Part shown: in pieces, positions 37,952 to 51,713 of the stretch
Position numbering within the stretch: the first letter of the stretch is position 1
How the letters are laid out: each line of letters opens with the position of its first letter
Assembly (NCBI GenBank): GCA_964016885.1
Contig: OZ024742.1
Location: 42,408,001-42,472,000 of the forward strand
DNA: 64,000 bases
Reading direction: 5' to 3'
Source of the DNA: Eledone cirrhosa
Lineage: Eukaryota
Translations under genes and position numbers: made by a program
The notes under the pieces: model-generated
The model's database searches: none
The model's input: only the letters and a program-made list of their open reading frames with translations
Told to the model about the DNA's origin: nothing

Positions 37952-38422
37952 ATAATTGGTGTAAGATGTATACGTGCCCATATGTGTCACGCCTGCGCGA
38001 AACATGGACATGGGTGTGGGCGCCGACAGGCCTGGAAGGTGCGACAGGGCGCGAGCGTTTCAATCATACAACCCTTTACCTCCTACAGTGGTAATTTCGA
38101 TATAAGAAACAACTTTGATTGACAGCTGGCATATGAAAGGAACCAGATAAATGACGGCCATGAGTGGTAAAAAATACCGATGACGTGTACAATTCTTGAT
38201 CACTCATCGACAGACAACAACAGGATTTAAGCGAAGGCCGCGGGAGTAACTGGACATTTGGAAACTCTGCTTCGAAGAATCGAGACGTATCTGAGGATCT
38301 TGCGATTTCAGAGTCAGGTTCGATCATTGCATCGATCGTGCCTCGAGCTGGTCGCCAGAGAAACGATTGTAATATGTCTAATAAATTTTAATTCGTCGCA
38401 CCACTGATTCTCCGTTTCTTAT

Positions 38423-38428
<6 letters not shown>
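37952..38428 (+). mobile_element. Unclassified ~480-bp TA-flanked element (solo-LTR-like)
   Basis: Starts taattggtgt as at 11096, ends aataaa..cttatgtgata(TA)n as at 11503. Confidence 0.55.
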
Positions 38429-38481
<53 letters not shown>

Positions 38482-39289
38482 ATAATAAATTTGAAGACTA
38501 AAATCCAAAGAGGGCTCGATAAGGATAAATATATATCAAATATATAAGAACCCTTCGGTTGCAACGTTTTTCGAAATATTTACTTCTGCGTTCACAGATT
38601 GATTTTTTTCAGAAGATCCCGTTAAGGGTGAAAGCAGCGATTCTTGCTTAAACTTTAATCTGTTATTTTAATATATATATATATATATAGTTATAGTTTG
38701 GGAAGGTTATGTTGCCAATAAAAAGCACGCACCTGTTGGGTTTTACGTCAATTTATTATTATAATTCCCCTTGCGGTTAGTTTAATAACTGGATTGAGAG
38801 ATCATATGTGTGTGTGTGTGTGTAATGATAAACTTAGAAAAATCAAAAGAGAGGACAAGACAATGAACGGAAATAATGCAAATCGAAAAACAATTTTTTA
38901 AAGCATATAAATAAATTTACAGTAGAATAACATAACAAATATGTTTTAAATATATACATAAATAACATTACAAATGCTTAGATAACATTATAAATTGCTC
39001 GCGATTCTTTCAGAAGGATATATTCTTTTAATGTTGCAATATTAAAGAAAATGTAAAGGAGGGGTGAACAACGGAGCCAATACCAGAGCAAAAGAAAAGA
39101 CAACCATAATTTTTTTTTTTAAATGCATATACAAACGAAAGACACAGAACTCCAAGGTCATCAACTGTTGAAGTGGACTTTGGCAGTTTCGACCCCTAGC
39201 AACGCTACTGCTAGTACACCCGGGGTCACAGCGTCTGACACAAGCCAAACGCTGTCCAGTGGTGTAAGAGACGAAAAACAAAACATTAA

Positions 39290-39570
39290 TTTAGGGGTCG
39301 ATAAAATAAAGTACCAGTAATGCACTGGGTAATTGCTGGCCTTGTGCCAAAAGTAGAAACAATTAATTTATAGTATTTAAGTGGATTAGCAGTATCGGTA
39401 GAGGGTCGGACGCCATGCGTGGCAGCATAGAGCTACCCCTCTTTACGGTCTGAGTTCAAATCCCGCCGAGGTTAACTTTGCCTTTCATCCTTACGGGGTC
39501 GATAAAATAAAGTACCAGTAATGTACTGGGGTAATTGCTGGCTTTGTGCCAAAGGAAGAAACAATTATTT
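39290..39570 (+). mobile_element. Family A SINE tail plus full copy
   Basis: A/B boxes and body motifs. Confidence 0.85.
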
Positions 39571-40019
39571 TATAGCATTTAAGCTATAGAAAGTACACAA
39601 TAGAATTTTATGTGACGTCAGGAAAAAGTGTGACTGTATGTGGGTGGAAGTGTTGGTGTGTTGTAGCGAGTGGTACACATGCGAATGTACATGCACAAGC
39701 ATGTGGGTGTTAGTTAGCCGTGCGTGTACGAGGGTAACGGTGCGCTATAGTGGGGTCAGTGTGTGTTCATGCGTGCACATATATGTATACGTATATATAT
39801 GCGAGGTGTGTGGTGGGGTGAGTTAGCAGTGTCGTCGCTTGGTGTTAGTTGTAATAGGTAGAAAAGGTGCGAGAGGGGGGGGGGGGGGGCAGTGAACACT
39901 AGATGTGTTCATGTGCAGATACAAAGGTGTGTTAAGGTATCCATGTGTTGGTGTATGTGAGTGGGTGTGCTGGTGGAGGAGTTCGTGTGTTGTTGGGGTA
40001 GTTCATAAGTTCACGAGTG

Positions 40020-40414
40020 GAAGGGTGGGACTATGGTGAAGGTGCTAGCTAGGGGAATGGTTGTGGTGCGTTTAGACAGGGGAGAGGGGGATTTGAGAGA
40101 AAAAATAAGGTGCTGTCCCTCCTGGGGCGCGATTCTGGTGGTCCAGTGCACACAACGAGGCCGAAAATTGAGAAGTTGTCTGTGGAGTGTTGGGTGGAAC
40201 AGAAATGTCGGGCGATGGGAGAGGGGCCACTCAGTCGGATACCCCCAGAGGTACTCGGCAAATCTGTCCGCCAAATGACGGCCGATTTGACCAATATAAA
40301 TGGCCACACATAGTGTGCACTGGATCCCGTAAACGAAACTCGTGGAGGTGCAGCGGAAGGAGTCCTCAACGTCGAAAGTTCGGCCGGTGGGTCCGGTGAA
40401 AGTAGTGGTGTCGG

Positions 40415-40415
<1 letters not shown>
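40020..40415 (-). pseudogene. PLE GIY-YIG fragment
   Basis: FRCTSTSFVYGIQCTLC..YIGQIGRHLADRFAE; PIARHF. Confidence 0.8.
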
Positions 40416-40505
<90 letters not shown>

Positions 40506-40615
40506 AAAGTAAATAACAACAACAAGGAGTACAGTTACGAAAGGTGTTAGGTATTAGGTTCACGCTTCAGAGTTGTGGTGGGGGGTGGGGGTGACATATA
40601 TATATATATATAGAT

Positions 40616-40953
40616 GGAGGCACATGGCTTAGTGGTTAGAGCATTGGCCTTGCAATCGAAAGGTTGTGAGTTCAATTCTCAGACCGGGTGATGTGTTGTT
40701 TCCTTGAGCAAGACACTTTATTTCACATTGTTCCAGTTTACTCAGCTGTAGAAATGAGATGATAGGGACTGAGGTCCCTATCATTCCACTGCAAAGTGGT
40801 CGTGCAGTTGCCACGGCAAAAATGCACCCAGCACTCACTGTAAATGAGGTTGGTGTTAGGAAGGGCATCCAGCTGTAGAAATCAAGCCAGAATCAGTTCC
40901 TGTCCCACCCTTGCAAGCAGGGAAAAAGCGGACGTAAAATGAAATGATGATGA

Positions 40954-40957
<4 letters not shown>
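40616..40957 (+). mobile_element. CORE-type tRNA SINE with RTE-derived body and tail
   Basis: A box tggcttagtgg, B box gagttcaattc, ccttgagcaagacacttt core, tail matches 44044-44101. Confidence 0.88.
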
Positions 40958-41009
<52 letters not shown>

Positions 41010-41381
41010 TATTACAAACATACAATATATATGTGTGTGTGTGTAGTGAAAGAAATGTTTTTTCCTGATGGTCACGGTACCCACCAAAGTGTTAAACTAA
41101 CACCTTGGAGACATTACTGTATATAAATGTCATATGTGGAAAGACTCGCACCACTAATTGTACGAAAGGGGGACATTTTCTCAAGGCCATCTCTTTATTT
41201 TAAAAGCAACTAGCGATCATTACAAATACACTGTGAACATCATTGACTGCCATCGAGTCGTAGGTTTTCCATCAGAGTATCCTTTCTCCTAGAATGATGT
41301 CCTCCAAGAACTAGGGTCCCTCACTCCTGGTGACCTAACTGCGCGCTGGGACACCAAACCGAGTATTTCCATGTCCCTGCG

Positions 41382-41382
<1 letters not shown>

Positions 41383-41417
<35 letters not shown>

Positions 41418-41725
41418 TACATACATGCATACATGCATACACACACACATACATACATACACATGCATATATGCATGCATACATACATACATGTATGTAT
41501 GTATGTATGTGTGTGTATGTATGCATGTGTATGTATGCATGTGTGTATGTATGTATGTGTGTATGTATGTATGTGTGTGTGTATGTATGTATGTGTGTAT
41601 GTATGTATGTGTGTGTGTATGTATGTATGTGTGTATGTATGCATGTGTGTATGTATGTATGTATGTGTGTATGTATGTATGTGTGTGTGTATGTATGTAT
41701 GTGTGTATGTATGTATGTGTGTATG
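41383..41725. repeat. (CATA)n/(TATG)n compound microsatellite with strand inversion near 41490
   Basis: Direct reading. Confidence 0.9.
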
Positions 41726-41829
41726 TCAACCCCATAAGGATGAAAGGCAAAGTTAACCTCGACGGGATATGAACTCAGACCGTAAATAATGTTTGGAAAT
41801 AGTACAAGTAGAATTCAGACAACACCAGG

Positions 41830-42660
41830 AATGTGACTGTATCTTTTTCTGTGGGTTCTGGTGCAGGGATTGATGGTCTACGACCTCAGCACCTCAATGA
41901 TGGTGTACCCTTGTCGGCCGGTGATGCCGACCTTGGGCTCTTGAAGAACCTAATCCAGTTTGTTAACATGTTCTCATCCGAGAGTTCTCTTTTTTACATT
42001 CGTGCCCTGTTCTTTGGAGCTAAACTGTTTGGTTTCACAAATCCCAATGGTGACTTCCGCCCCTTAGCAGTTGGGTGTACTCTGCGACAGCTCACAGTAA
42101 AAGTGTGTCTGTCCTCGATTTCAGACTGCCTGCCCACTGAATTTTCCCCTATTCAGCTAGGGGTGGATAGAGCTGGGTTTGTAGGCCTGTCGCTCACGCC
42201 ACCAGAGCATTTACCAACTTATCTTCTGAGACCCCAAATATTATCCTCAAACTAGATCTCAGGATCGCCTTCAATTCCATAAGTCGGTATGTCATCTTCC
42301 GTTCAGTAAAGGAGAGGGCCTCACAGCTTTACCACTTTGCTTGGCAAGCTTACCAAGAGCTCTCCTACCTCTCCTTTGGTGACTATTTCATCATATCTAC
42401 ATCAGAAGCCCAACTGGGTTACCCGCCCGGACCTGCTCTTTTCTCATTGAGTATCGATGACGTCCCCAAGATAGAAGCTGATCTGAATTTGAATGTCAGG
42501 TATCTTGATGATGCTTGTTTGGGGGTCCTCCAGATAAGGTCCTTGCAACTACGAGGATGATTGAGAAACTAGGTCGTAGGGGCTTTCACGTCAACAGTTC
42601 CAAATGTGAGCTCTGGCTCCGCAACCACCTAGCTTCACATCAGCAGACTGTAAACTTATT
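41830..42660 (+). pseudogene. CRE-like RT fragment
   Basis: GIDGLRPQHL, FFGAKL..GDFRPLAVG, PIQLGV, KLDLRIAFNSI, YLDD; frameshifted. Confidence 0.8.
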
Positions 42661-43024
42661 TACAGATTCCTTTCTAATACACCAGCAGAGAGTTGGATGA
42701 GAACGACGAGGTTAGCGTGGAGAGATGAATCTACTACATATGTTCACTCACAGATTCAAAACAGAGAAAAAACACTTGCCTTCACATTGAAGGCAATTGA
42801 AAATTTGTGGAATGCCCTAATATGCTCATCAAAAACATCAGATGTGACCACCACGTTTCCAACAAAATGTTGCATGCGTGCACGCATCAGCCCACAGCTT
42901 CCCACAGGAGCATAAGGGCGCTGGTAGAGATGATATAATAGTATATTAAATATCAAATGATATTATATATATAGTAAAATAAAAAATATATAGTATAAAT
43001 CTATACATAGTATATATTATATTA

Positions 43025-43175
43025 TTTATTATATATAAATTTATTATATATAAATTTATATATATAAATTTATTATATATAAATTTATTATATATAAATT
43101 TATTATATATAAATTTATTATATATAAATTTATTATATATAAATTTATTATATATAAATTTATTATATATAAATT
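43025..43175. repeat. 15-bp tandem repeat (tttattatatataaa)n
   Basis: About 9-10 consecutive units. Confidence 0.92.
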
Positions 43176-43191
43176 AACGATTTTATGTATT

Positions 43192-43839
43192 ACTAGCAGT
43201 GGTACCCGGCGTTGCACGGGATAAGGTATTTTGGAACACGGGCCGCCAACAGACCTAATCGTGGAAAAACCGAATGCCTGGACAATATGTAAAGAAAATA
43301 AACCGAATACTCTGATGGTTGGATAATCTTTAAGATTTTCCTTGATGAAGCAGGAAAAATGCATGTTTTCACCTACTGCGGGCACTAGGGGATCAAGAAA
43401 ATGAATTTTTTTATGTGCATAATATGCCTTGAAATTTCGGTAAATTCGGCTAGACGTAATGCTTCAAAAAAGCCCTAAACAGCTGATAAAATGAAGTTTT
43501 TCACCTAATGCGTGCCCTAGGCCATAAAAAAAGTTGGATTTTCTTTGCTCATGGTATGAAGAAGAGACTGACTAATACATAGTTACAATTTCAAGGAAAT
43601 CGGTCTGACATAACGCCTCAAAAAACCGCTAAAAAGCTGAAAAAAAACGCAGTTTTTCACCTAATGGATCAAAAAGTTTAATTTTATGTACAAAAGTTTA
43701 ATTTTAAGCAACATAAGTAATACACATGTAAAGTTTGAAAAAAATCGGCTGGGTACTTCTCGAGTTTTAGGGATTCAAACTCACAGACACACACACACAC
43801 ACACACACACAGACATCCTCAGTTTTATATATATAGATA
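43192..43839 (-). mobile_element. Non-autonomous Helitron, both ends present
   Basis: Minus strand a|TCtatatatataaaa..(tg)n...cccgtgcaacgccggg hairpin..CTAG|t. Confidence 0.8.
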
Positions 43840-44043
43840 TATTATTTACAATTTCCATGTTCGTAGGTGTCTCTGGAAATAGGGGGGGTGCTGGGGAGGG
43901 GGTGCTGGAGAGGGGGTGCTGGAGAGAGGGTTGCTGTGATATTACGTGGGTGTTTGGAGGGGGCGACCCCAAAACGCTTGAAAAGCTCTGCTTTACGTTC
44001 TAGTTGAGGTAAATGACTTAATTATATATATATATATATTATA

Positions 44044-47000
44044 TCATCATCATCATCATCATTTTACGTCCGCTTTTCCCTGCTTGCAAGCGTGGGACGG
44101 GTCTTATTCAGCACAGCATCTCTCCACTCGTCACGGTCCCTCGTCATCTCCACCGTGAGCTTCAATGATCTGAGGTCTGTTCTCACCACCTCCGCCCATG
44201 TTTTTCATGGTCTACCTCTACCACGTCTTCCTTCAACTGGCAATTCCTGGCACTTCTTCACCCATCGGTCATCCTCCATGCGCATCACATGTCCATACCA
44301 CCTCAGTCTCCTCTCCCGTACACTACATTCTATCCCTCTCAGACACAGTTTCTCTCTCAACACATTTATGCTGGGTCGTTCACGTACATTTACACTGCAC
44401 ATCCAACGGAGCATGCTTGCCTCATTTCTCTCCAGCCGTCGCATATCCTCTGCAGTTGCTGCCCATGTCTCACTACCATGCAGCATCGCGCTCCTCACAC
44501 AGGCATCATACAACCGGCCTTTCGTACGCAGGGAGAAACCCTTCTTCGTCAACAGAGGAAGCAGCTCCCTAAACTTCTTCCAACCCGTCCTTATTCTAGA
44601 TACTATGGCCTCGGAACACCCTCATCCCATGCTAATCTGATCTCCTAGGTACCGGAAGCTATCCACCACTTCTATAGCGCCCTCTTGCATTTGAAAAATG
44701 TGTCTATCAGTGCGACTTCTACTGTCTAATTTCCCTGTACATCTACTGCATACATATTTCTCCCTACCTGTTAGTTTGCCTGCTATCCCGCTACATCTCT
44801 TGTGTACCCAGGATCTGCATTGTGTGCATTTTATAGAATTTATGCCAGTTCCTTTTCTGCATATCGAACATGGCCATTTCCCTGACGGAATCAGGGTTTT
44901 GTCCTCTTTCCTACTCATCAACACTTTTGTCTTAGCTAGATTCACTCTCAGTCCTCTTGCTTCCAACTGCTGTTTCCATAGCCAGAATTTATTCTCTAGC
45001 TCCTCTACTGATTCTGCTATAAGAACCAGATCGTCAGCATAGAGAAGTTCCCATGGACAGCCAGTCTTAAACTCCTCTGTTATGGCTTGGAGGACTATAA
45101 TGAACAAGAGCGGGCTGAGGACCGAACCCTGATGTACTCCTACTTGTATCTGGAATTCCTCACTAAACTCCATTCCTACCCTGACTTTACTGAGAGTACC
45201 TCTGTACAAAGTTTGCACTGTCCTCACAAGCCATTCCTCAACACCTAGCTTCCTTAGGGACCACCAGATGACAGATCGGGGTACCCTATCAAAGGCCTTC
45301 TCTAGGTCAACAAAGGCTAAGTATAGTGGCTTATTCTTCTCTAAGAACCTCTCTTGCAATTGTCTCACCAAGAAGAGGGCATCTGTTGTACTCTTCCCAG
45401 GCACAAAACCAAACTGCATCTCATCTAGTTTGACCCTTTCTCTAATTAGTTGTGCTAAAATCCTTTCTGCCACTTTCATAACCTGATCTATCAGTTTTAT
45501 ACCCCTATAATTGCTCCTCTCCAAAGCATCCCCTTTACCTTTGTAGCAATTTATGAGAATACTGCTGCACCAGTCTTTGGGTATGACACCACCATATATA
45601 GCCTGATTGATGATGCGTGCAACCAGTTTAGTGCCTACGTCCCCTGATGCCTTCAGCATCTCGGCAACTATTCCCGATGGTCCGGCAGCCTTACCATTTT
45701 TCATTTCCCTAATCGCCTCTTGGACCCTATATTCGTCAATCTCAATAGCTGGTCCCTCTGTCGGATCCACCAAGGGTAATTTCTCTCTCTCCCATTCGTT
45801 CTCCACATTCATCAGTCTCTCATAATGACATTTCCAGGCCTCCTTTTTCTGATCATTCGTGACCGGCATCATCCCGGACACATTTATCTCCAACAACATC
45901 CTGATTTGCATTGACACACTGCCTTGCAATGTGGAACACCGCACGCCTCTGATCTTCCTGTCGCAGAACATTGGCAAACCTCCTACTCTCTGCCTCCCTA
46001 CGTGTTAAGTACACTTGACGTCTAGCTTCTCTCTTAGTGGCTGTATATTCTTCCCTACTCTCACCCTTTTTCCAAGCCTTCCATGCTAGTCTTTTGTCTC
46101 TAATAGCCTTATCTACTGTGCTGTTCCACCACCAGGTCACTCTCTGTCTGGTTGGAGCTCTGCTCCAGCCACATGTTTCATCAGTAGCCTGCAGCAAGTT
46201 GTCACGTAAGAAATTCCAGTTATTATCTATGTCATACGTCTCTAAATCGTCTTCTTTTTCATCATATACATCTTGAAGGGCTTTCCTAAATTTGTATTTT
46301 AGTGAAAGGTCTTTTAGCTTCCAGACCTTTCTTCTCCACACCTTCCTATATGTCTCATTCCATCTCTTGCATACTGAGATACCACTAACAACTAACCTAT
46401 GCTGTGGGGTACATTCTTCCCCAGGGTATGCCTTGGTATTAGACACTATCTGCCTGTCCCGCTGCCTAACTAGCAGGAAGTCAATCTGGCTTATGTGCTC
46501 ACCAGATTTGTAGGTTATTAGGTGATTGGCAGGTTTCTGGAAGTTTGTGTTGCAAATAGTCAATGTACCCGCATCACAAAATTCAAGAAGTCTCACTCCT
46601 TCTTCATTTCTTGAACCGTAACCGTGCCCACCATGTACCCCAGTATAACCATCCTGGAGCTGTCCAACATGACCATTGAAGTCTCCTGCTAGCATAACGA
46701 TGTCTCCGTCCTCTGTCATTGCGGTTGTTTGCAAAAGTTGCTCATAAAAGCAGTCTTTCTCATCTTTGCCTAGGCCTGCTTGGGGAGCATAGGCCGAGAT
46801 GATTGTCAGTAGTCTCCTACCTACAACTAATCTAAGTTTAATTATTCGATTACTAACTCGAACTACCTCTATTGTCTTATTGATCCATTTCTCAGCCAGG
46901 AAAATGCCTACTCCCTCTAGCCCATCATCCTTACCTACCCAGAATAGCTTATAGCTAAGACGCTTGCCTACGACTAGTCTCACAGAGGCACCTCTCCATC

Positions 47001-47330
47001 TCACCTCTTGCACGCAGCACACATCCGCCTGCCTTCTCTCCAGCATCTCCGCTATTTCAGCAGATCTACCTCTGAGAGTGCCAACATTAAGTGTTGCAAC
47101 TCTGAGATGCGACGTCTTCATATTTTGTTGTTGTTCCTATTTGTTGCTGTGCTGATAAGCGTTTTGGCATTGATACACTAGTTGGATGCCCTTCCTAACA
47201 CCGGCGCCACTTTACAGCATGGACTGGGTGCTTTTATTTGTGCTACCAGCACTAGAGAGGATGTCTTACTAGACTCAAGGGCCCTCTCTACCCCTCCATT
47301 TTACTGCATGGTCAAAAAAAAAAACTTATT
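44044..47330 (-). mobile_element. Near full-length RTE-clade LINE (APE endonuclease, RT with Cys-rich finger), two visible lesions
   Basis: ORFs 45853-47121 (TLNV, QE, GDFN, IDF, QH), 44622-45977 (FVDLEKAFD, QGSVLSP, YADD, CSIC..CTQC..H..C..CSRC), 44205-44552; frameshift ~45860, in-frame TGA 44622; (gat)n tail. Confidence 0.93.
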
Positions 47331-47709
47331 GACACGACGCACACACAAACACTCACACACCAACACTCATGCATACAAACCACAACCACACACACGCCAT
47401 ACATACCAACACTCATTCATGCATACAATCACACACACCACTCACAAACACACATATATATACATATATTACCGACAGTACTGATACAAATACAAAATCA
47501 AAATCAAAATCATCAAAATCAAAATCAATATCATGTCAACTGTTGACCTTTCCCAGTCCAGTTCAGCTTGTATATAATAATAATAATAATAATAATTGTT
47601 TGCTTCACGCTGGTAATGGCGGTGGTGGTGGTGGATGGTGTCAGTGTGGTGGTGGTGGTGGATGGTCAGTGATGGTGGTGGCAGTTGTTGGTGCTGTAGT
47701 TGTTGTCGT

Positions 47710-47751
<42 letters not shown>

Positions 47752-48504
47752 TACACATATATATATACACATATATGTGTGTGTACATGTTCTCTACTTT
47801 CCTTTATTTCTATTCACTAGAGAGATCGATAAAATAAGTACCAGACTTGAAAAGAAAAGCGCTGGGGGTCAATATCGCCGACTAAATAAATCTCTTGAAG
47901 ACTGTGAATCTACATTACCGCATTCAAATGATTGGGAGCAACAATAAAATAAGAGATTAATAGAATACACCAATGTCTATAAACATAGGTATTGGTGTTA
48001 AGGGTCGGCCGTTTGTATACTGGTCAATAAATAGAACATTTTAGATTCTAAAAAAAAGACTTTATGATCGTTTTTCTGAGGTTAATCTGACATGTAAAGG
48101 TTGACAAACTTTTGAATAAACTTTAAAATATTATCTTTAATGTACACACTTTATTACAAACGAGTGCCACTTACACACGGCTCAAAGTACACTTGGAATC
48201 ACTGAATGGTCATTATGGTTTAGAGTGGCAAGTAACAATACATAATAAAGATTAGACAAGATATACCAGAAAGATGGACACAGAACTATTTGGCACATGT
48301 TAGGGGAAGAGAGTAGGGGTGGAGAGGGGTTTCAGAGAGAGGGGGAGAAGGGTCAGAGAGAGAGGAAGAAAGAGATGGAGAGAAGGGTAGAGAAGGAGGG
48401 TGGTCGCTTGTGTATGAGTAATAGGAGTTTCCCTCTAGTAGCAGTTTATCTGTTTGTGTGTCTCTTTCCATATACCTTCATACATACATACATACATACA
48501 TACA

Positions 48505-48830
48505 TATTATATGGGACAGGGAGAAGAAAGCATGCACAGTAGTGGAAATTAGCTGCCCAGCAGATGCCAATATAATATCAAAGATTAGTGAAAAGGAGAA
48601 TATTTATGCAGAACTGATGAGAAATCTGCAGATACTCCACCCTGATTACACCTTCAGATTTATGCCTGTGATTATTGGGGCACTGGGATAAGTTAGTAAC
48701 TGCCTCAATAGAAATCTTGAGAAGCTAGGCTTCACAGGAACAGAAAGAACACAACTAGTTAGGAAATTACAAGTACAATCCATTAATGGAACAGTAAAAA
48801 TATGTAAAACATTCCAAAAATTTTGCATCT
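48505..48830 (+). pseudogene. Restriction-like endonuclease 3' fragment of an R4/Dong-like non-LTR element
   Basis: IIWDREKKACTVVEISCP..EKENIY..PVIIGALG. Confidence 0.75.
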
Positions 48831-49299
48831 AATAACTGCATATACACATGTACAAATACAAAGCATATACACATGCACACATACAACTCAAAACATACAC
48901 ATCCACACATACAATAACATCCATATCTACACATGCAGGCATGCATACATAACCTACCTTGTTGATGTTGTATAAATTCCAATGAGAGAGTCTTGTGTCT
49001 ATGTTAGAAACCGACTCTCTCTCTATTGGTAAAACTTTGTGAAATTATAAAACCAGAAGGACATACTTACATACATACATACACACACCACGCACACATA
49101 TATTACAGATTGTATGAAGGCGGGAAATTTAGTAGAATCATTAGAGCGTTAGATATCCCTTCAGGGTCAGTAAAGAAAGTACCAGCCCAGTACTGGTACA
49201 GGCCTCTCTCTCTCCTTCCAGCCGTCATGTTATAGATGATCTGCTGGATCAAAGAAAGAAGGGTCAAGTGTATATCTGTGTCTGCTCACAACTCCATCT

Positions 49300-49575
49300 A
49301 AAGTCTATCTTAAGCCAGATGGCTCGTTAGGGTGGTGTTTATCCCATTTTCATGGCGAGAAGCGACTAAAAGTACAAGACTTCCCCCTGGACAGGACACC
49401 AGTCCATCGCAGGTTTAAACCCCCAGCTATTACTGGTACTCATTTTCAGCTGAGTATACTGGAGTAACATGAAATGAAATGTTTTGCTCAAGAATACAAA
49501 AAATAACCCAGGAATCGAACCTACGACATTATAATCTTAAATTCAACACCCTTACCACTAGGCCATGCGTCTCCA
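49300..49575 (-). mobile_element. CORE-type tRNA SINE (related copy ~54220-54470)
   Basis: Minus strand ggagacgcatggcctagtgg..ggttcgattcc..cttgagcaaaac..ctgcgatggactgg. Confidence 0.75.
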
Positions 49576-50859
49576 CTCACCTAAAATCTTTAAGGATAGC
49601 ATGGTACATACTACCAAGTCATACTCGATTGTGAGTGGTGATTGTAAAAACAAAAACAAAAAATTAATTGCATGAGATTACTGAAATGACACAATGGGAT
49701 GCTCCAGAATTTACAAACCTCTTCTTTTTTCCTGGTTTATACATAAAAGTCTTTCCTTATTTTAATACTTGCCGATGTTTCCTCAATTGGTTATAAATGT
49801 TTGGCTGTGTATAGAACGTGACAGGCATGAGGAAACTCAGAGTATTATCTGAGTAATGCTCAATATTGAATCATTGAATTAAATCTATTTGCCACCACCG
49901 ATCACCACAAATTTTTTTTATTGCAGATTTTATATATAGGGGCATCATAATCTTTTAAGGATTTAGGGCCTCACAAGGACTTAATATGACTCTGCTAAGA
50001 CGTTTTCGTTTATTGAGGAGGTTTATAACTATATCAATGTCATCTTTATTGTGTAAACTCTATTCTAATAATTAGATCTTAAATGTTTAAAAGACAATAA
50101 TGGTTTGTTTAAAGAGATCAGATTTAACAGCAGGTTAACTAAAGAGAAGCTTCTGCACTAGCTTTTGTTAGATAATAATAGACCACGTGATATTGTAAAT
50201 CACTGATGACTTATATAGTGTTATCATTATAAGGTAGCATTAAAGATAAGTTGGTAGTTGATGCTTGCCATTGTTTACACACAAAGATAAGATAATAGGA
50301 TATTAACAGATATAAAGCAATGATAAACCACTAATGGCAACTTATATAATGTGTCAATGGAGAGACTAGTCTTAATGATTAAGTGGGGAGATAAAACCAC
50401 AATTTCTAGACTCACAAAGCATATTCTAAATTTTTCGTTTTTGTCTCTCTTGAAAATCAGGTTACAACTTTTAACAGCTCAGTAGATTAGGGTAGTCTCA
50501 TTTTATAAATGGTGACAAATTATATAACTAAAACATTTGGAATTTGTACAAGTCTAACACCAGCAGAAGATTCGAAATTTTGGCTCCAAATCTAACAGTT
50601 AATTTCTTTAACTGTCTACCATTTTGGTTCAGCAAATATCAGTGAATGAAATATAAATATCTCATTATTCTTAATGTTATTGGGATTACTCTGAAATAGT
50701 TCACCTCTATTTAGTAATTTAGTATATTAAGTATATGGGCAAATGTGTGCAAAGCTGGTATTAGGCTCAGGCCAGATGTAAAATGTAGACCCTACCTCAA
50801 AGATAGTAATAAGCCCAAGCCAAATGTAAAAGGTTAGTCTCATTTCAAATTGTCATTAA

Positions 50860-51065
50860 CCCTTTAGCATTTAAACCGGCTGTATCCGACCAGAATTCTC
50901 TCACCTCTTTCTATTCAAACTGGTCATAACTAGCCACTCATACTGATGTTAAGGTATTGTTATCAAAATAAATAACATCAAAATCTCAGCTTTGATATTA
51001 TGTAAGATAAAGCCTTTACCATGAAAATACAATAGTATATATAGAGTAATGTAAATGCTAATGGA
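50860..51065. mobile_element. piggyBac-like MITE
   Basis: TTAA|CCCTTTAGCATTTA...TAAATGCTAATGGA|TTAA; same family as 55394 and 56485. Confidence 0.8.
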
Positions 51066-51572
51066 TTAAGCATTTTAGTAATCAGTGCTACATACTCCCT
51101 TAGGATTTCTTGACATGATCACATCATAAATGAGGAGATATGGAAAGGACCTGGCTGAGTAATCTGTGGGATACATTCACTGTACCATGGCAGAAAATTC
51201 TTGGCCATATGCCACTCATGTCTACATAGAAACCAGTGAGGGCCTTCCTTGAATGGAAATCAGGAGGGCATAGGAAACAATCAGACTTGTGAAGACTTGA
51301 GGTCTATGGAAGAAAACCTGACAGACAGAGGCCTGGCCTTTGAGCAGTCCCATTAAAGGGTTTGTGACTGTGCAGAATGATTTCTGATTGCTCAATGTCC
51401 CATAGGGAATAAAAGGAACCAAAGAAGATATACATATACAGTGTAATAGAACACAGACGAAATGCAGTATTTGTTCTGGTGCTTTACATTCTAATTTCAT
51501 CCCCCAATATTGTTGGCATTGTACTTAAATTAGAAGCCATTATTAAGGAGTGATGTTTACTGATTAACATGA

Positions 51573-51644
51573 AGTTTCATGATATAATGGTTAGCATTCT
51601 GGATTTTGAAACCAATGATCTGAGTTCAAATCTCGGCAAGCCAA
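51573..51644 (+). pseudogene. tRNA-Gln(TTG) pseudogene
   Basis: taatggttagcattctggattttgaaacca.tgatctgagttcaaatctcgg aligns to metazoan tRNA-Gln; acceptor stem broken. Confidence 0.75.
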
Positions 51645-51713
51645 TTGTTTTTCTTTAAGACATCCTTTGAACTTCCTTTTATAAGTAATAAATGGGATTT
51701 ATTGACTGGCAGG

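Noticed and set aside
44622-44624. In-frame TGA in the RTE LINE as selenocysteine or readthrough
   Set aside because: Sits in a Gly run (likely GGA to TGA); the related element at ~63990 has Gly codons there
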